The notes: a model not told the origin generated them from the letters alone. A stretch of DNA of 52,062 nt from a virus (IMGVR_UViG_3300017963_000331:1-52062); one strand, 5' to 3'; shown: positions 1 through 9,941, numbered from the stretch's first letter. Numbers and translations are program-made.

Positions 1-2254
1 AGACGAAATAACTATCAACGGCAGCACTATCACGAAGCCGAGTTCAACGACGTCGCTTACATTATCCTCAACGAGCACGGTTTCCGGTGTAAGCGCGTAT
101 GGAATGACGCTCTCGATCTCGGCAGTGTCAGACTCAAGTACAGTGTACGGGAACAACTCCTCGCATTACCTTCGGTGCGGCGACGGTCAGCAAGCCAGGG
201 GTCGGCAGACTACGACGCATTTCTATGGAACCGCAGGGTACACCAACATCTGGGCTATCGGCGAGTACATGAGCCTAGTCAAGCAGGAGACTGGAACGTG
301 GGACAACAGTGCGGCATACTACATCCCAGCGGTTAGCGTTGGCACGGAAAACTGGGCAATCTACTGTCATAACGCAATCGCGATCAAAAGTTCGTCAGGC
401 GGAATCGAGCTTGGGTCTAGCCTGGAATCGAAAATCTACCACAACGGCACAAGTCTTGTCGTCGAGTTCGACTCGAACTCAGCGCTTGAAATGCAGAAGT
501 TCGACGCGACGTACACCAGTGTCGAGATCCCAGACCACTCTGAATTTCGTGTCCGTGCCGAAGACACGCTGACCGTCTATCATCCGTTCTCGAAATACTT
601 CTCTTCAACTCAGAGCGGCACCCTGAAGATCAATCTCGGGCGCCCGATGAATGAAGGCGTGATGGGGCACTACGTCATTGACGGGTTCAATTACACACAC
701 GCCGACGACAACGAGGGCCCATGGCAACTCACTATAGGGTTCTATGACACCGGTGGTCTCTTCTACGCACGGAACTGTTCGGTGAACGGGAACCCTCCGT
801 TCCTGTCGGTTCGTCTCGCCATCGAAAACAGTCAGCCGTGCATCCTACTTGGTCATGACGGCCAGACGGCTGGCGAAGAGGCAACGGCGTGGAACTACCC
901 GTGGATCAGTGTGGAACGCATCACAACTACGAACAACTACGGCGACGAGGATATCGAGGACACGAAGGGCGACTGGTCGGCTGAGTTCTCGACGGACGAG
1001 TCGACAGACTGGACGCTGACCGGCGAAGTCGATGTTGATATCTTCTTAGGCCCCGGCTGCACCGTCGAGGACCAAGGCGACGGAACCGTTAAGCTGCTGG
1101 TGAACTCATTGGAACTATCAGCGCCAGAAACTGGAAACACGCCAGCCGTCCTGACCAGCGACATGACTATTTACGTCAAGACAACAGGGAACGATACCAC
1201 CGGTAACGGAACGTCCTCGCTTCCGTATGCCACAATCGGCCGTGCAATCAGCGACCTTTCGAGGAACGTAACGTCAGTAGACACCGACGGAACCGGGAAC
1301 GCGGTAATTATTGATGTGGAAGCCGGCCACTACAGCGAACCGTACACGCTGCTTCCGTGGTATCCCTACGGCGGCTCCGTCTATTTCTACGGCGACTACC
1401 AGGATTGCGACGCATCGACGGCAACGGCATACGGCGCCGTGACGGCGTCCGGCGTCACCGGCTACGACTATATCAACGTCTCCGGCGTCTTGGCCAGCGG
1501 AACGACTGCAACGGTTGGCGATTATCTCGTCGTTCGCTCCGCGACCGGCGGCACGAACCCTCAGCTAGTCGAGGGGTGTCACGAGATTACTGCGTGGAAC
1601 TCAGGGACGCGGGCGTACACCTGCAAGGTGATGCGACGCACCGGAATCACGAATGTGCCGTCCGGGACTATTACGCTGACGACTGCGCATGTGTCCAAGA
1701 CGGTAGTCACGTTCACGGACCACGGAATCCTGGTGAACGGAAGCTTCGCCGGAGGCACGTGGGAGGGATTCACGCTTGTCGGCACTCAGAGCCATTACGG
1801 CGTCTGGTGTCTTGATGGCGGGAAATGCACGCTCGAAGAGCACTTCTCAACCTCGAACTGGAGCATCGGTGCCTACGTGACGCACAAGTCGTACCTGTAC
1901 GCAGACTACACCGTGCATTCGTACAACTCCACTGGGTTCTACATTATCAACGACAGTAGCTGCACGTTCCTTGGTGGCGTGATAAACGGTTCATCGTCTT
2001 TCGCCATTCAGTGCCTTATGGCGTCGGCAATGACCGCTAAGAACGCGCACATTCAGTGCGCGGGGAATTCGTATGTGCTGGTTTGCCAGTCAGCGTCGTA
2101 CCTTGAGTTCGACTCTGGCACGATAACGTACCCGACCTCGACAGCATATTACGGTGCAGCGTATCGAGGCGGCGGGATTGACCTTACGAGCGCCACTCTT
2201 ACTGGTGGTGTCACGGCCGTGGCAGATGCCAATTCCTACATCATCGGACCATAG
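1..2254 (+). CDS. Tail fibre/tailspike, C-terminal part (continues across the circular junction from the 51385 gene)
   Basis: The frame is open from base 2 (DEITINGSTITKPSS...), upstream of the listed Met at 104. Gly/Thr/Ser-rich beta-type composition. IYVKTTGNDTTGNGTSSLPYATIGRAI is a motif that typically precedes a right-handed beta-helix domain. Confidence 0.8.
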   Translation, partial: DEITINGSTITKPSSTTSLTLSSTSTVSGVSAYGMTLSISAVSDSSTVYGNNSSHYLRCGDGQQARGRQTTTHFYGTAGYTNIWAIGEYMSLVKQETGTWDNSAAYYIPAVSVGTENWAIYCHNAIAIKSSSGGIELGSSLESKIYHNGTSLVVEFDSNSALEMQKFDATYTSVEIPDHSEFRVRAEDTLTVYHPFSKYFSSTQSGTLKINLGRPMNEGVMGHYVIDGFNYTHADDNEGPWQLTIGFYDTGGLFYARNCSVNGNPPFLSVRLAIENSQPCILLGHDGQTAGEEATAWNYPWISVERITTTNNYGDEDIEDTKGDWSAEFSTDESTDWTLTGEVDVDIFLGPGCTVEDQGDGTVKLLVNSLELSAPETGNTPAVLTSDMTIYVKTTGNDTTGNGTSSLPYATIGRAISDLSRNVTSVDTDGTGNAVIIDVEAGHYSEPYTLLPWYPYGGSVYFYGDYQDCDASTATAYGAVTASGVTGYDYINVSGVLASGTTATVGDYLVVRSATGGTNPQLVEGCHEITAWNSGTRAYTCKVMRRTGITNVPSGTITLTTAHVSKTVVTFTDHGILVNGSFAGGTWEGFTLVGTQSHYGVWCLDGGKCTLEEHFSTSNWSIGAYVTHKSYLYADYTVHSYNSTGFYIINDSSCTFLGGVINGSSSFAIQCLMASAMTAKNAHIQCAGNSYVLVCQSASYLEFDSGTITYPTSTAYYGAAYRGGGIDLTSATLTGGVTAVADANSYIIGP

Positions 2255-2256
2255 CT

Positions 2257-2601
2257 ATGAAAGACAACAGGTTTATGTGGTACGACTGGATCTTGCTCGC
2301 AGCGTTCGCGCTGTTCCTACTGCTCTGCGGCTGCAAGCCGGTGCAGACGAAGCCGAGGGCCCGCAGTGTCAAGGTGCTTTGCTTCACGGCGGCATGGTGC
2401 GGGCCGTGCAAGTACCAGAAGTGTGACGTGCCAGATGTACTGAAAGGATACAATTGGCGGTTCGTGGACGTCGACCAGGAGCCAGCCGTGCAGAAGCACT
2501 ATGAGGTCAGGGCGGTCCCGACCTACGTCATCCTCGTCAACGGAGTAGAGAAGTCGAGGGTGCATAGCGTGAAGGATTTACGGAAAGTCATCGGGAGATA
2601 G
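2257..2601 (+). CDS. Thioredoxin-family lipoprotein
   Basis: Hydrophobic signal with lipobox-like LLLCGC, WCGPC active site, VDVD, and cis-Pro motif VPTY. Confidence 0.85.
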   Translation: MKDNRFMWYDWILLAAFALFLLLCGCKPVQTKPRARSVKVLCFTAAWCGPCKYQKCDVPDVLKGYNWRFVDVDQEPAVQKHYEVRAVPTYVILVNGVEKSRVHSVKDLRKVIGR

Positions 2602-2603
2602 AC

Positions 2604-2846
2604 ATGAAGTTCATTGCGTTAGGAACGGTTGCATCGTGGTTGCTACTCGGGAACACCGTCACCTCGACGACGGGGGTTCAGTACACCGCTCTCGGGCTCC
2701 TGGCCTTTGTGGTGATCTGGTTCTGCATGAAGGGGTTCCCGGCGATCCTCAAGAGCCAGAAGGACGAGCGAGAGCGGCTCGTGGGCGTGATCGAGAAGCT
2801 TGAGCAGGAGATTCGGCTCTTGAACGAGCGGAACCGCAGGGAATAG
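2604..2846 (+). CDS. Holin-like small membrane protein
   Basis: 80 aa with hydrophobic segment(s) followed by a charged coiled-coil C-terminus. Last gene of the late arm. Confidence 0.5.
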   Translation: MKFIALGTVASWLLLGNTVTSTTGVQYTALGLLAFVVIWFCMKGFPAILKSQKDERERLVGVIEKLEQEIRLLNERNRRE

Positions 2847-2870
2847 GCCGCACGGAAGCCGTGGCGCAAC

Positions 2871-2906
2871 TGAAAGGGCTCACCGCGAATGGTGAGCCCT
2901 TTTTCA
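2871..2906. terminator. Bidirectional intrinsic terminator between the convergent arms
   Basis: AAAGGGCTCACC-GCGAAT-GGTGAGCCCTTT inverted repeat with A-run and T-run flanks, where the + and - arms converge. Confidence 0.85.
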
Positions 2907-2946
2907 ATGGAACGCGTCAGAGTGCCTCTCAGAGCCTCTCACGACC

Positions 2947-3813
2947 CTATTGTACCCTCTTATCCTGTTTCCCTCCGAGGAGGGGTAGATCCTCGACGTC
3001 GCCGGAGAGTTCGCGGATCCAGGTCGGCGGAACCGTTTTCACCGGATCGAGATTGTTGTCTGCCGCGATCTCGTCGCAGTACCCCGAGCTGACCTCGACC
3101 AAGTCGCAGTTGAATTGTTCTGCGATGGAAACCCGCATGGTCGTACCAGTGCCGCCGAATGGATCGAGGACATAACCCCCAACTGGAGTTGACAGTCGTA
3201 GGCAACGCCGCACGAGGTCTTCATTAAGCTGCGTTCGGTGCCATTTACGGCGCTGACGACTATTACCGACAACGCGGGTGAAGTCGAGAAAGCTTTCAAT
3301 GTCCCGCGAGGCGTCGCCCACGAAGACGTCTCCGGGAACACGTCCCCGAGAATCTGCCCGTTTATCACCCATTCGCTGACGCTCGCTCTCAACGCGGATA
3401 GCATCTGGATCGTGATGGGCGCCTTTGTGACGGAGGCGCCAGATGGGCCGCATGTTATTACCGAGATCAGTTTGGCGGTGTTGTCCGAAGGTGAAGTATT
3501 GCGCACAGAACTTGTCCTCCAAGTCTGGGTGAACGGCTTTGAGTGTAGAAATAATTCGAGCAACCGGCCCGATCCATTTCACGTTGAACGAGAACCAGAC
3601 GGTGTCGGCTCTCGCGACAAACTTGGCCAGCCAAGCAGACAGCAGCTCGACGTACTTCCATTCAGGAAGCTTGTCGTCATACTCGTCGTACTTCAAGCCG
3701 ATGTTGTCAGGTGGGTCAGCGAAGATCGTGTGCCACCTCGACCCGAACGCAGGCACGCGCGTGCGGTCAAGGAAGTCGAGGCAGTTGTCGTGTGTGAGCT
3801 GGTAGGTGAGCAT
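2947..3813 (-). CDS. DNA N6-adenine/N4-cytosine methyltransferase (beta class)
   Basis: N-terminal motif IV variant FADPPDNIG and C-terminal SAM-binding VLDPFGGTGTT. Confidence 0.85.
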   Translation of the reverse strand: MLTYQLTHDNCLDFLDRTRVPAFGSRWHTIFADPPDNIGLKYDEYDDKLPEWKYVELLSAWLAKFVARADTVWFSFNVKWIGPVARIISTLKAVHPDLEDKFCAQYFTFGQHRQTDLGNNMRPIWRLRHKGAHHDPDAIRVESERQRMGDKRADSRGRVPGDVFVGDASRDIESFLDFTRVVGNSRQRRKWHRTQLNEDLVRRCLRLSTPVGGYVLDPFGGTGTTMRVSIAEQFNCDLVEVSSGYCDEIAADNNLDPVKTVPPTWIRELSGDVEDLPLLGGKQDKRVQ

Positions 3814-3815
3814 GG

Positions 3816-4361
3816 CTACTCTGGTGGTGTGTTGAGTGATACGCCCATTATGTTGTAGGTGGCTGCTGTCGAGAAGCTATTCAGCGCGGCACGGTGGACG
3901 TTGACGCCGTACCTTCGCAGGCGAGCCTTGCAGGCTTTCGTGAGATCCTTCTCGATACCGGCCATATCAGGTAGGAGCATATCGAACGGCCATTGCGTGA
4001 TGACCTCGACGATAGCCGCCTGCGCGATGACGTCGACCATTCCGTTGACGTCGTAGTTCTTCTCTCCGCACGCTTTGATGGGGTCTGTGATCTGAAACAC
4101 GATGACCCCGCCGCACGTCACCTCAACGCTGTCCTTCGTCATGAGGGTCTGTGCAGCAAGGTCCAGCGGTTGAACCGCCGTGACGATCTCTTCGTAGTCC
4201 GTCGTCAAGGGCCAGTACCAGCGCCACCCAGGTTGCTTCACGACGACCTTGCCCCACTTCCACTTGAGCATTGCGTGCGTGTTCCGCACCACGACCGGTC
4301 GCGGCACGAAGGACAGTGCAGCCTGAATGATATCGTTTAGCCAGTCCAAGCCCGTGAACAT
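3816..4361 (-). CDS. SPFH/Band-7 domain protein
   Basis: PGWRWYWP, QTLMTKDSVEV..GGVIVFQITDP and YGVNV pattern typical of the SPFH domain. Lacks a long C-terminal coiled coil. Confidence 0.75.
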   Translation of the reverse strand: MFTGLDWLNDIIQAALSFVPRPVVVRNTHAMLKWKWGKVVVKQPGWRWYWPLTTDYEEIVTAVQPLDLAAQTLMTKDSVEVTCGGVIVFQITDPIKACGEKNYDVNGMVDVIAQAAIVEVITQWPFDMLLPDMAGIEKDLTKACKARLRRYGVNVHRAALNSFSTAATYNIMGVSLNTPPE

Positions 4362-4816
4362 TACTCGTCTCCTAGGATCGACACGATAAGCTCCATGGCA
4401 ACCTCGTGGCTGTCAACGCGGAAGCCAATCGCCTCAGAGATCATCGGGTGCTCATGCACGTTCCCTTCGGGCATGACAGCCACGACGGGGGTGCGCGTCT
4501 GGAACGCCCACGCGACTTCCATGATGGTGCCGATACTCGGCTTGGTTGCGTCCTTGAAATTGACGAGGAGGAGATCGCACTTGGTGCAGTCGTCGAAGTC
4601 CCTCGTCATGATTCCTCGCGGTGTGGCGAGTGGGTCGAAGTCGTACGACCCGTCGATAACGCCGACCTTCTTCAGGTAGGCTTTGTTGCGCATCGGCGAC
4701 CAACATTCGATGTTGCAACGCTTGAGCTGGTCGACGTAGAGGTCGCGCCAGTCGGTACACTCGCCGTACGTGCAGCCGGAGATCGGTCCAGCCAGATAAA
4801 CTTGTCGTCCTCTCAT
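4361..4816 (-). CDS. Nucleoside 2-deoxyribosyltransferase-like (NDT/RCL family) N-glycosidase
   Basis: VYLAGPISG, D..DC..CD, SIGTIMEVAWA and TPVV motifs. Confidence 0.85.
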   Translation of the reverse strand: MRGRQVYLAGPISGCTYGECTDWRDLYVDQLKRCNIECWSPMRNKAYLKKVGVIDGSYDFDPLATPRGIMTRDFDDCTKCDLLLVNFKDATKPSIGTIMEVAWAFQTRTPVVAVMPEGNVHEHPMISEAIGFRVDSHEVAMELIVSILGDE

Positions 4817-4818
4817 AA

Positions 4819-5442
4819 TTACCTCTTGGAGTTGCGTTCGTTGTAGTTACGGATGGTTCCACACTTGCGGCAGAGCCGGTGATAGTCACTGTGCTGAATG
4901 TTCGAGTGCAACGGAATGCCGCAATCCTCGCACTCGCTACTGGTGGGCCAGCCACCGCACGCGGAACAGCCGTTGCCGTTGCACACGCAAACCGGAGTGT
5001 CATCCTTCGGCGAGTCGGCAATGGTATTCTGGTGTGGGTTGTGGTCCTTGAAGAGTTCCTGCAAGTGAGCAACCTTGTCCGACAGATCGTCGATCTGGTT
5101 GGAGACTTGCGTACGCGGGGGTCGGTCGTCGACCAGCTTGCCGCAGACGTTCGCGTCAAGGATGATCGCACAACACGCCATAACGGAAGCAAGGTGCTTG
5201 ACGCGGGTCACTTGATCCTCGTCCTCGCCGTTGGTGAACTTCGCGAGGTGTCGTCTCGCGGCAGCGATGTAGATCGAGGCGCGAACGCCGTCGATTCTCC
5301 AGTTAAACTTCCCGTACTTCAGGGCGCCTTCAAGGAAGCTAGTAGCCATTTCGGCGACGGCAGTATCGGGAACGAGGTCAAGCGGAAGCTTCTTCGATCC
5401 GATGGCGTCCTTCGGGTTGGTTGGTTTAGTCTCTCTACTCAT
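4819..5442 (-). CDS. dATP/dGTP diphosphohydrolase-like (DUF5664) with a C-terminal Cys-rich Zn-binding extension
   Basis: TNPKDAIGSKKLPLDLVP, GALKYGKFNWR, AARRH, HLA and DDRP. The C-terminus has several CxxC-like pairs. Confidence 0.8.
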   Translation of the reverse strand: MSRETKPTNPKDAIGSKKLPLDLVPDTAVAEMATSFLEGALKYGKFNWRIDGVRASIYIAAARRHLAKFTNGEDEDQVTRVKHLASVMACCAIILDANVCGKLVDDRPPRTQVSNQIDDLSDKVAHLQELFKDHNPHQNTIADSPKDDTPVCVCNGNGCSACGGWPTSSECEDCGIPLHSNIQHSDYHRLCRKCGTIRNYNERNSKR

Positions 5443-6493
5443 AAGTAGTACCGGCCTTTTCGAGGAAGATGGGAAGTGCAGAGGTCATGCCGTACGCGGA
5501 GTCGATGACGCAGAACGACTGCGTCGGGTGTTGGAAGTCGGCTTTGATCTCGACGGCGAATGGCGAGTACCCGATGAGGCAGCCGTTGCTGACCCACGTC
5601 GAGTAGTTCCAGAGGAACGTATGGTAGTGCCCGAACATGTCGAAGTCAACAGGCTTGACGCCGTTCCACTTTGCGACCGACTTGTTGACCGGGATCGTGA
5701 TCCCACCGACGCCGCCGTTGTACCGCAGCCCGTCGCCGTGGTGATTGCGGACACGTCGCCCCATGCACGTCACCGTGTTATGGTAACCCTTGCCAACGAT
5801 GAAGTTCACGCGCTCGTTGTCGGCGTAGTCGCCAGCGAGGATCGTGTAAAGAAGCCACTCGAACGAGTTCTTATAGCTCGTCTTGATCTGCTTCTTAGGC
5901 GTCGTGCGACCATGGTTGCCGTGGCACGTCGGAATGTAGATAGGCAGCTTCGTCTCCTGCAAGATGAAGTCGATGCCAGCCTGGATCGCCTCGCGAAGCC
6001 AGACGATTGTCTCGACCGGAGACAGCTCGTTCGACTCCTTCAACTCGTCGTGGATGTAGCCGCTCATGAGGTCGCCGAGGAGTGCAAGCCAGAGTTCCTC
6101 GACCGGTGCTAGGTGAGACTGCACGTCCAGTAGTTCGACGATCTTCTGGAAGAACCGCTCGACCCGCTTCCACGCGACGTCGATATTGAACTCATTCTTA
6201 AACGAGACGAGTTCAGCTTCGACGGTTTCTTCGACGTGCCAGTCGGAGGCGAGAACGTAAGCGGCGACGCCTCGCCCCTTGGACTTTGGTTGCTTGCGGT
6301 ATCGCCGCTTCTTCGACACCGCGTCCGCAACACCCAAGAGGATGCCGTTCTGGGTGGCGAGATCCTTCTCGCGCTCCAACGCCATGAGGTATCGCCGCTT
6401 GTACTGTCGAGCCTCGTCGACAGCCTTGGCCAGCTTTACCTCTTCGGATTGGTTCTTCGCTTCCTTGACGAGATCGAGTGCTGACTTAGCCAT
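5435..6493 (-). CDS. Calcineurin-like metallophosphoesterase
   Basis: SDWH, LGD, GNHGR, HHGD and FGHYH motifs. Likely start ATG 6493 (MAKSALD), overlapping the upstream stop. Confidence 0.85.
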   Translation of the reverse strand: MAKSALDLVKEAKNQSEEVKLAKAVDEARQYKRRYLMALEREKDLATQNGILLGVADAVSKKRRYRKQPKSKGRGVAAYVLASDWHVEETVEAELVSFKNEFNIDVAWKRVERFFQKIVELLDVQSHLAPVEELWLALLGDLMSGYIHDELKESNELSPVETIVWLREAIQAGIDFILQETKLPIYIPTCHGNHGRTTPKKQIKTSYKNSFEWLLYTILAGDYADNERVNFIVGKGYHNTVTCMGRRVRNHHGDGLRYNGGVGGITIPVNKSVAKWNGVKPVDFDMFGHYHTFLWNYSTWVSNGCLIGYSPFAVEIKADFQHPTQSFCVIDSAYGMTSALPIFLEKAGTTYE

Positions 6494-6782
6494 TGCGAAT
6501 GAGTTCCTTGATTTTCTTAGCGACGTTGTGTTGTGAGACTGTGATCCCCAATTCCTCAATAAGGAGTCTCGCAACGGTATTCGGGTGAGAGTTCGGCTCG
6601 TCGATCATAGCGGCGACGACAGCCTCGACGTAATGCTGATCCTTCATCGGAAGAAGATCGAACCACGACTTCTTCGACTTGCACTCAGTCCTGGACTTGG
6701 CGACGAGTGCCTTTGCTTTTGCGCTCACGCTGGTGGTGGTGCGTGCCTTGACGGGCTTACGAGTCGCTTTCTTCCTCGGCAT
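6486..6782 (-). CDS. Hypothetical basic protein
   Basis: 98 aa, tightly packed with neighbours, Lys-rich N-terminus. Confidence 0.65.
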   Translation of the reverse strand: MPRKKATRKPVKARTTTSVSAKAKALVAKSRTECKSKKSWFDLLPMKDQHYVEAVVAAMIDEPNSHPNTVARLLIEELGITVSQHNVAKKIKELIRNG

Positions 6783-7296
6783 AGTTTTCTCCGGTGATGT
6801 TAGCTAGCAGACGTTCCGCGCGGTCTGCGATATCGTAGAACAGCATATTGCGGACTGTTTCCGCCTTCGCTAGGCCGACTACTTCGTCAGCCAATATGAA
6901 TAGCTCCGTAGCATGGAAGGCGCGAATGTACTTCGGAGTTTCGGTAATCTCGTGTTCGTTCTCCTTCTCGTCTGGAAGCATTACGTTCCCGCACGTGGGG
7001 CACGGATGCGGTGACTCTACGACGCTGGCCAATAGGAATTGGGTTCGCTTGATTGCCTTGACGACGTTGACGGGGAGCTTCAGCTTTGCGGAGATCGCTT
7101 CCTGCGACAGCCCGCCCATTGTCAACAGCCGCACGCGAGCCTTGCGTCGAGACTCTACGTTCTCAGATAGCCTGATGGCGACCCGGATGCGGCGAACCGT
7201 GCTAGCGCTGACGCCCATTGCTTCCGCGATCTCGCCGGTCGGTGCGCCAGCGAAGATCATCTTGTGAATCTGGGTTTCTTTCTGAATGGGAATCAT
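6757..7296 (-). CDS. HTH DNA-binding protein with Zn ribbon
   Basis: TGEIAEAMGVSASTVRRI HTH, a second HTH-like segment SQEAISAKLKLP, and CPTCG. Confidence 0.7.
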   Translation of the reverse strand: MIPIQKETQIHKMIFAGAPTGEIAEAMGVSASTVRRIRVAIRLSENVESRRKARVRLLTMGGLSQEAISAKLKLPVNVVKAIKRTQFLLASVVESPHPCPTCGNVMLPDEKENEHEITETPKYIRAFHATELFILADEVVGLAKAETVRNMLFYDIADRAERLLANITGENYAEEESDS

Positions 7297-7676
7297 GCTA
7301 GCCTCGTGATGATAAGCTCAACCCGTGGGTGTTGCTTGTCGATTAACAGGTCGGGAATGTCCCGCACCATCTTGTCGGGTGTATCGTCGCTGACGACCCC
7401 GGCATCAACGATGCCGTCGTAAGTCGACTTCAGCGAGCCCATAGCGTTGTCGACGTCGCGACCTCGCTTGGTCTTGTGGTAGAAGATCGCGTGTACGTGA
7501 CACTTCTCCCACGGCAACGTCTCACACTCCTCTTGCTCTACTGCCTCGGCAGTGACCCGGCGTTGCTTTTTGATTGCGGACGCCTTCTTAAACCGCATCC
7601 CTATTGTACCAGCAGCGCAGTTGGGTTGCAGGACTTTCGGGATGACTGGCAGGATGATTCTTATTTCTTCGTGCAT
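7293..7676 (-). CDS. rusA: RusA-like Holliday junction resolvase
   Basis: RDVDN..K...DGIVDAGVVSDD and C-terminal PRVELII. Confidence 0.8.
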   Translation of the reverse strand: MHEEIRIILPVIPKVLQPNCAAGTIGMRFKKASAIKKQRRVTAEAVEQEECETLPWEKCHVHAIFYHKTKRGRDVDNAMGSLKSTYDGIVDAGVVSDDTPDKMVRDIPDLLIDKQHPRVELIITRLA

Positions 7677-9940
7677 CTGTCCACCTCAGCCTCGAACTCC
7701 TTCATCCAGTACCAGTTCGACCTACCGACCTTGCGTGCGATAATAACCTCCTGGTCGAGGAGTGCTTGCACGACGCCCTTGAACTCTCGGAACCACGCGC
7801 TGCAATTATTCGATAGCTTGGAGTGCTGAATGCCAGCGATGCCAGCCCTTGCGACGAAATTCTTCGTTTTGATGAGATTCTTAAAGGCGCGATCGTTGCC
7901 GACTTCTGGTGCGACGCAGCGAATGAAGGAGTTGATGCAGTACCGCACGACACGGCACGCGTAGTGGGCGTCGATCCACTCGATAGTCGAGACGTCGGGG
8001 CTTCGACCGGCAGCCATGATGAGCCCGACGCGGCGAGCGAGTTCCTCTGACTTGTGCCAGAGTTCAGGATAGTGGCCGGTTGCTCCGCGCGAGAACTCAC
8101 GGAGTGCGTGGTACTCGGCTTCAGCCTCGCGGGTGGCGATGTACTCTACTGGGTTAGGAAGCTCATCCTTGCCGCTTGCGTTCGCTGGCGTGTTCATCGC
8201 GTTGATGATCGGGTCGCCTAGTTCGGTCTTGTGGACGTCGCGCAGCTTCCACGAGTGGATTACGTCAAGGATATGCTGCGGTGGGTCGCTAGCGTCGTTG
8301 CCAACATAGGTCGGGGTCGGGTCAGCCGTGAACGTCAGGACGCGAGCGATCCAGCCGTCGACAAGTTCCTCGACAGAGATACCTTCCTTGAGCCGCTCTG
8401 GAGTCGAGGTGCCGTAGAAGCTAACGCACGGCTGCACGATGACTTTCTGCTTCTCACTGTCGGCGTAGCCCTTGCCCTTGATAGTCTTGCTGGCGTTCGA
8501 GTAGAGCTGCATCATGTAGGGTATGATGCCCGCCTTGTGCTCGTTGCCGCCCTTCGTGCCCTTCAGCATATGACCCATTTCATCCCAGAGGAATAGGGTC
8601 GACGGCTCGTTGTAAATCTGAGTCTCAATTGCTGCCGGGGAGGTAACGTCGTCGCCCCCTAGGTTGTCGAAGTAGCCGGTGCGCTCAAGGATCGCGTGGA
8701 CGCCGTCCAGGGCGCCGCTCTTGCCGCACGACGATGGGCCCATGCCAAGCGTGTAGATGTTCGTGCGTGTCCCCCTGGCATCACGCACCTTGCGACCGAA
8801 GATCGTTCCAGCGAGCGACAGGGCGGCTCCCACGGCAAGCCACGGCTGCGCGTAGAGTGCCCGAGAGTTGATGTAGGCGCAGATATCGCCGATGAGCCCG
8901 TGAGGCTGACAGAGGAATTCGAGTTCCTTGTCTGGCTCGACTGGTGCGGGCTCGTGGTAAGCCGCTGGCTCTGTAGAGTACGCGGCTTGGTGTTCAAAGC
9001 CGGGCTCCGGCTCTGCTGTCTTCCCGGCGTCCATGAGCGCGTCGAAGTCGACGTCAGCTTCGGGCGGGAGACTGACGAAGTCTGGGTCGTTCAAGATCCA
9101 GCCATACGGGAACTTGTTGGATGGATTCGCCCTGGCTTGCGGAACCTTGCGCTCGAACTCGTTCCTCTGCGCAGGGTTGCCGTACTCCCACGGGTCAATG
9201 CAACGAGGGTTGTAGTGCTCCCATAGGAACGCGATAGCCTGCGAGTCAGACATGCAGAGCCCGTTGACCGCGCAGTCGGCAGCCCAAAACAGCTTGTTGT
9301 GCCCGCCCTGTCCTTCGATAGCCGGATCGACCTTCTCGAAGTAGGCGACAGCGCGACGCATGAAGTCAGGGTCGCCGACGCTGGCTGTCGAGTGGAAGAG
9401 TGTCGGCGCTGGCTTTGGTTTCTCGGATCGCTTCTTCGGCATCCACGCTGGCCAAGGTTGGATATCGACAGTCCAGGGGTTGAACTCCGGGTGCCACTCG
9501 TACTTGCCCCTAGGCCCGACCGAAGGCGGGAGGAGGACGTAGCCGCCCGTGGCTCGAATGTCGACGTCCTTCAGTATGTGGGCCGCATTGCCAATATCTT
9601 CTTCGGAAGTGAAGTATAGGTGCCAGCCGCCACGCTGCGTGATGCAGATCCAGGTGCGGGGGATCTCGCCAAGTTCTTCGATTGAAGGAAAGCCATTCTT
9701 CCCGCACGTATCGTCAACGTCAATGTCTACGACATAGACGCCGCTAGGCTTCCCGGTTGCAATCCCAATGTTCGCGGTAGGAAGGGTGTCCCACCAGTTA
9801 GCAATAGTCGCCGTGTCATTTGTTGCCTCGTCTCGCCACTTGAAACCCTTCAGCGGAATCTTGTCCCCTGGCGTCAGGGGAAAGATGTTCCACGGAGTGT
9901 TGACCGCGTAGTGCGCGGCTGCCGACTGTAGCTCGTTCAT
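7661..9940 (-). CDS. Bifunctional primase-polymerase (Prim-Pol) fused to a DUF3987-type P-loop helicase domain
   Basis: N-terminal NIGIATG, VVDID, HLYF and DIRATGGYVLLPPS. C-terminal GPSSCGKS Walker A and LFLWDE Walker B. Confidence 0.88.
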   Translation of the reverse strand: MNELQSAAAHYAVNTPWNIFPLTPGDKIPLKGFKWRDEATNDTATIANWWDTLPTANIGIATGKPSGVYVVDIDVDDTCGKNGFPSIEELGEIPRTWICITQRGGWHLYFTSEEDIGNAAHILKDVDIRATGGYVLLPPSVGPRGKYEWHPEFNPWTVDIQPWPAWMPKKRSEKPKPAPTLFHSTASVGDPDFMRRAVAYFEKVDPAIEGQGGHNKLFWAADCAVNGLCMSDSQAIAFLWEHYNPRCIDPWEYGNPAQRNEFERKVPQARANPSNKFPYGWILNDPDFVSLPPEADVDFDALMDAGKTAEPEPGFEHQAAYSTEPAAYHEPAPVEPDKELEFLCQPHGLIGDICAYINSRALYAQPWLAVGAALSLAGTIFGRKVRDARGTRTNIYTLGMGPSSCGKSGALDGVHAILERTGYFDNLGGDDVTSPAAIETQIYNEPSTLFLWDEMGHMLKGTKGGNEHKAGIIPYMMQLYSNASKTIKGKGYADSEKQKVIVQPCVSFYGTSTPERLKEGISVEELVDGWIARVLTFTADPTPTYVGNDASDPPQHILDVIHSWKLRDVHKTELGDPIINAMNTPANASGKDELPNPVEYIATREAEAEYHALREFSRGATGHYPELWHKSEELARRVGLIMAAGRSPDVSTIEWIDAHYACRVVRYCINSFIRCVAPEVGNDRAFKNLIKTKNFVARAGIAGIQHSKLSNNCSAWFREFKGVVQALLDQEVIIARKVGRSNWYWMKEFEAEVDRCTKK

Positions 9941-9941
9941 G

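Noticed and set aside
1-2254. Diversity-generating retroelement targeting the fibre
   Set aside because: No reverse transcriptase and no template/variable repeat pair noticed.
4819-5442. Complete 2-aminoadenine (dZ) genome pathway
   Set aside because: No PurZ-like adenylosuccinate synthetase, HD-domain dATPase or phage DNA polymerase seen.
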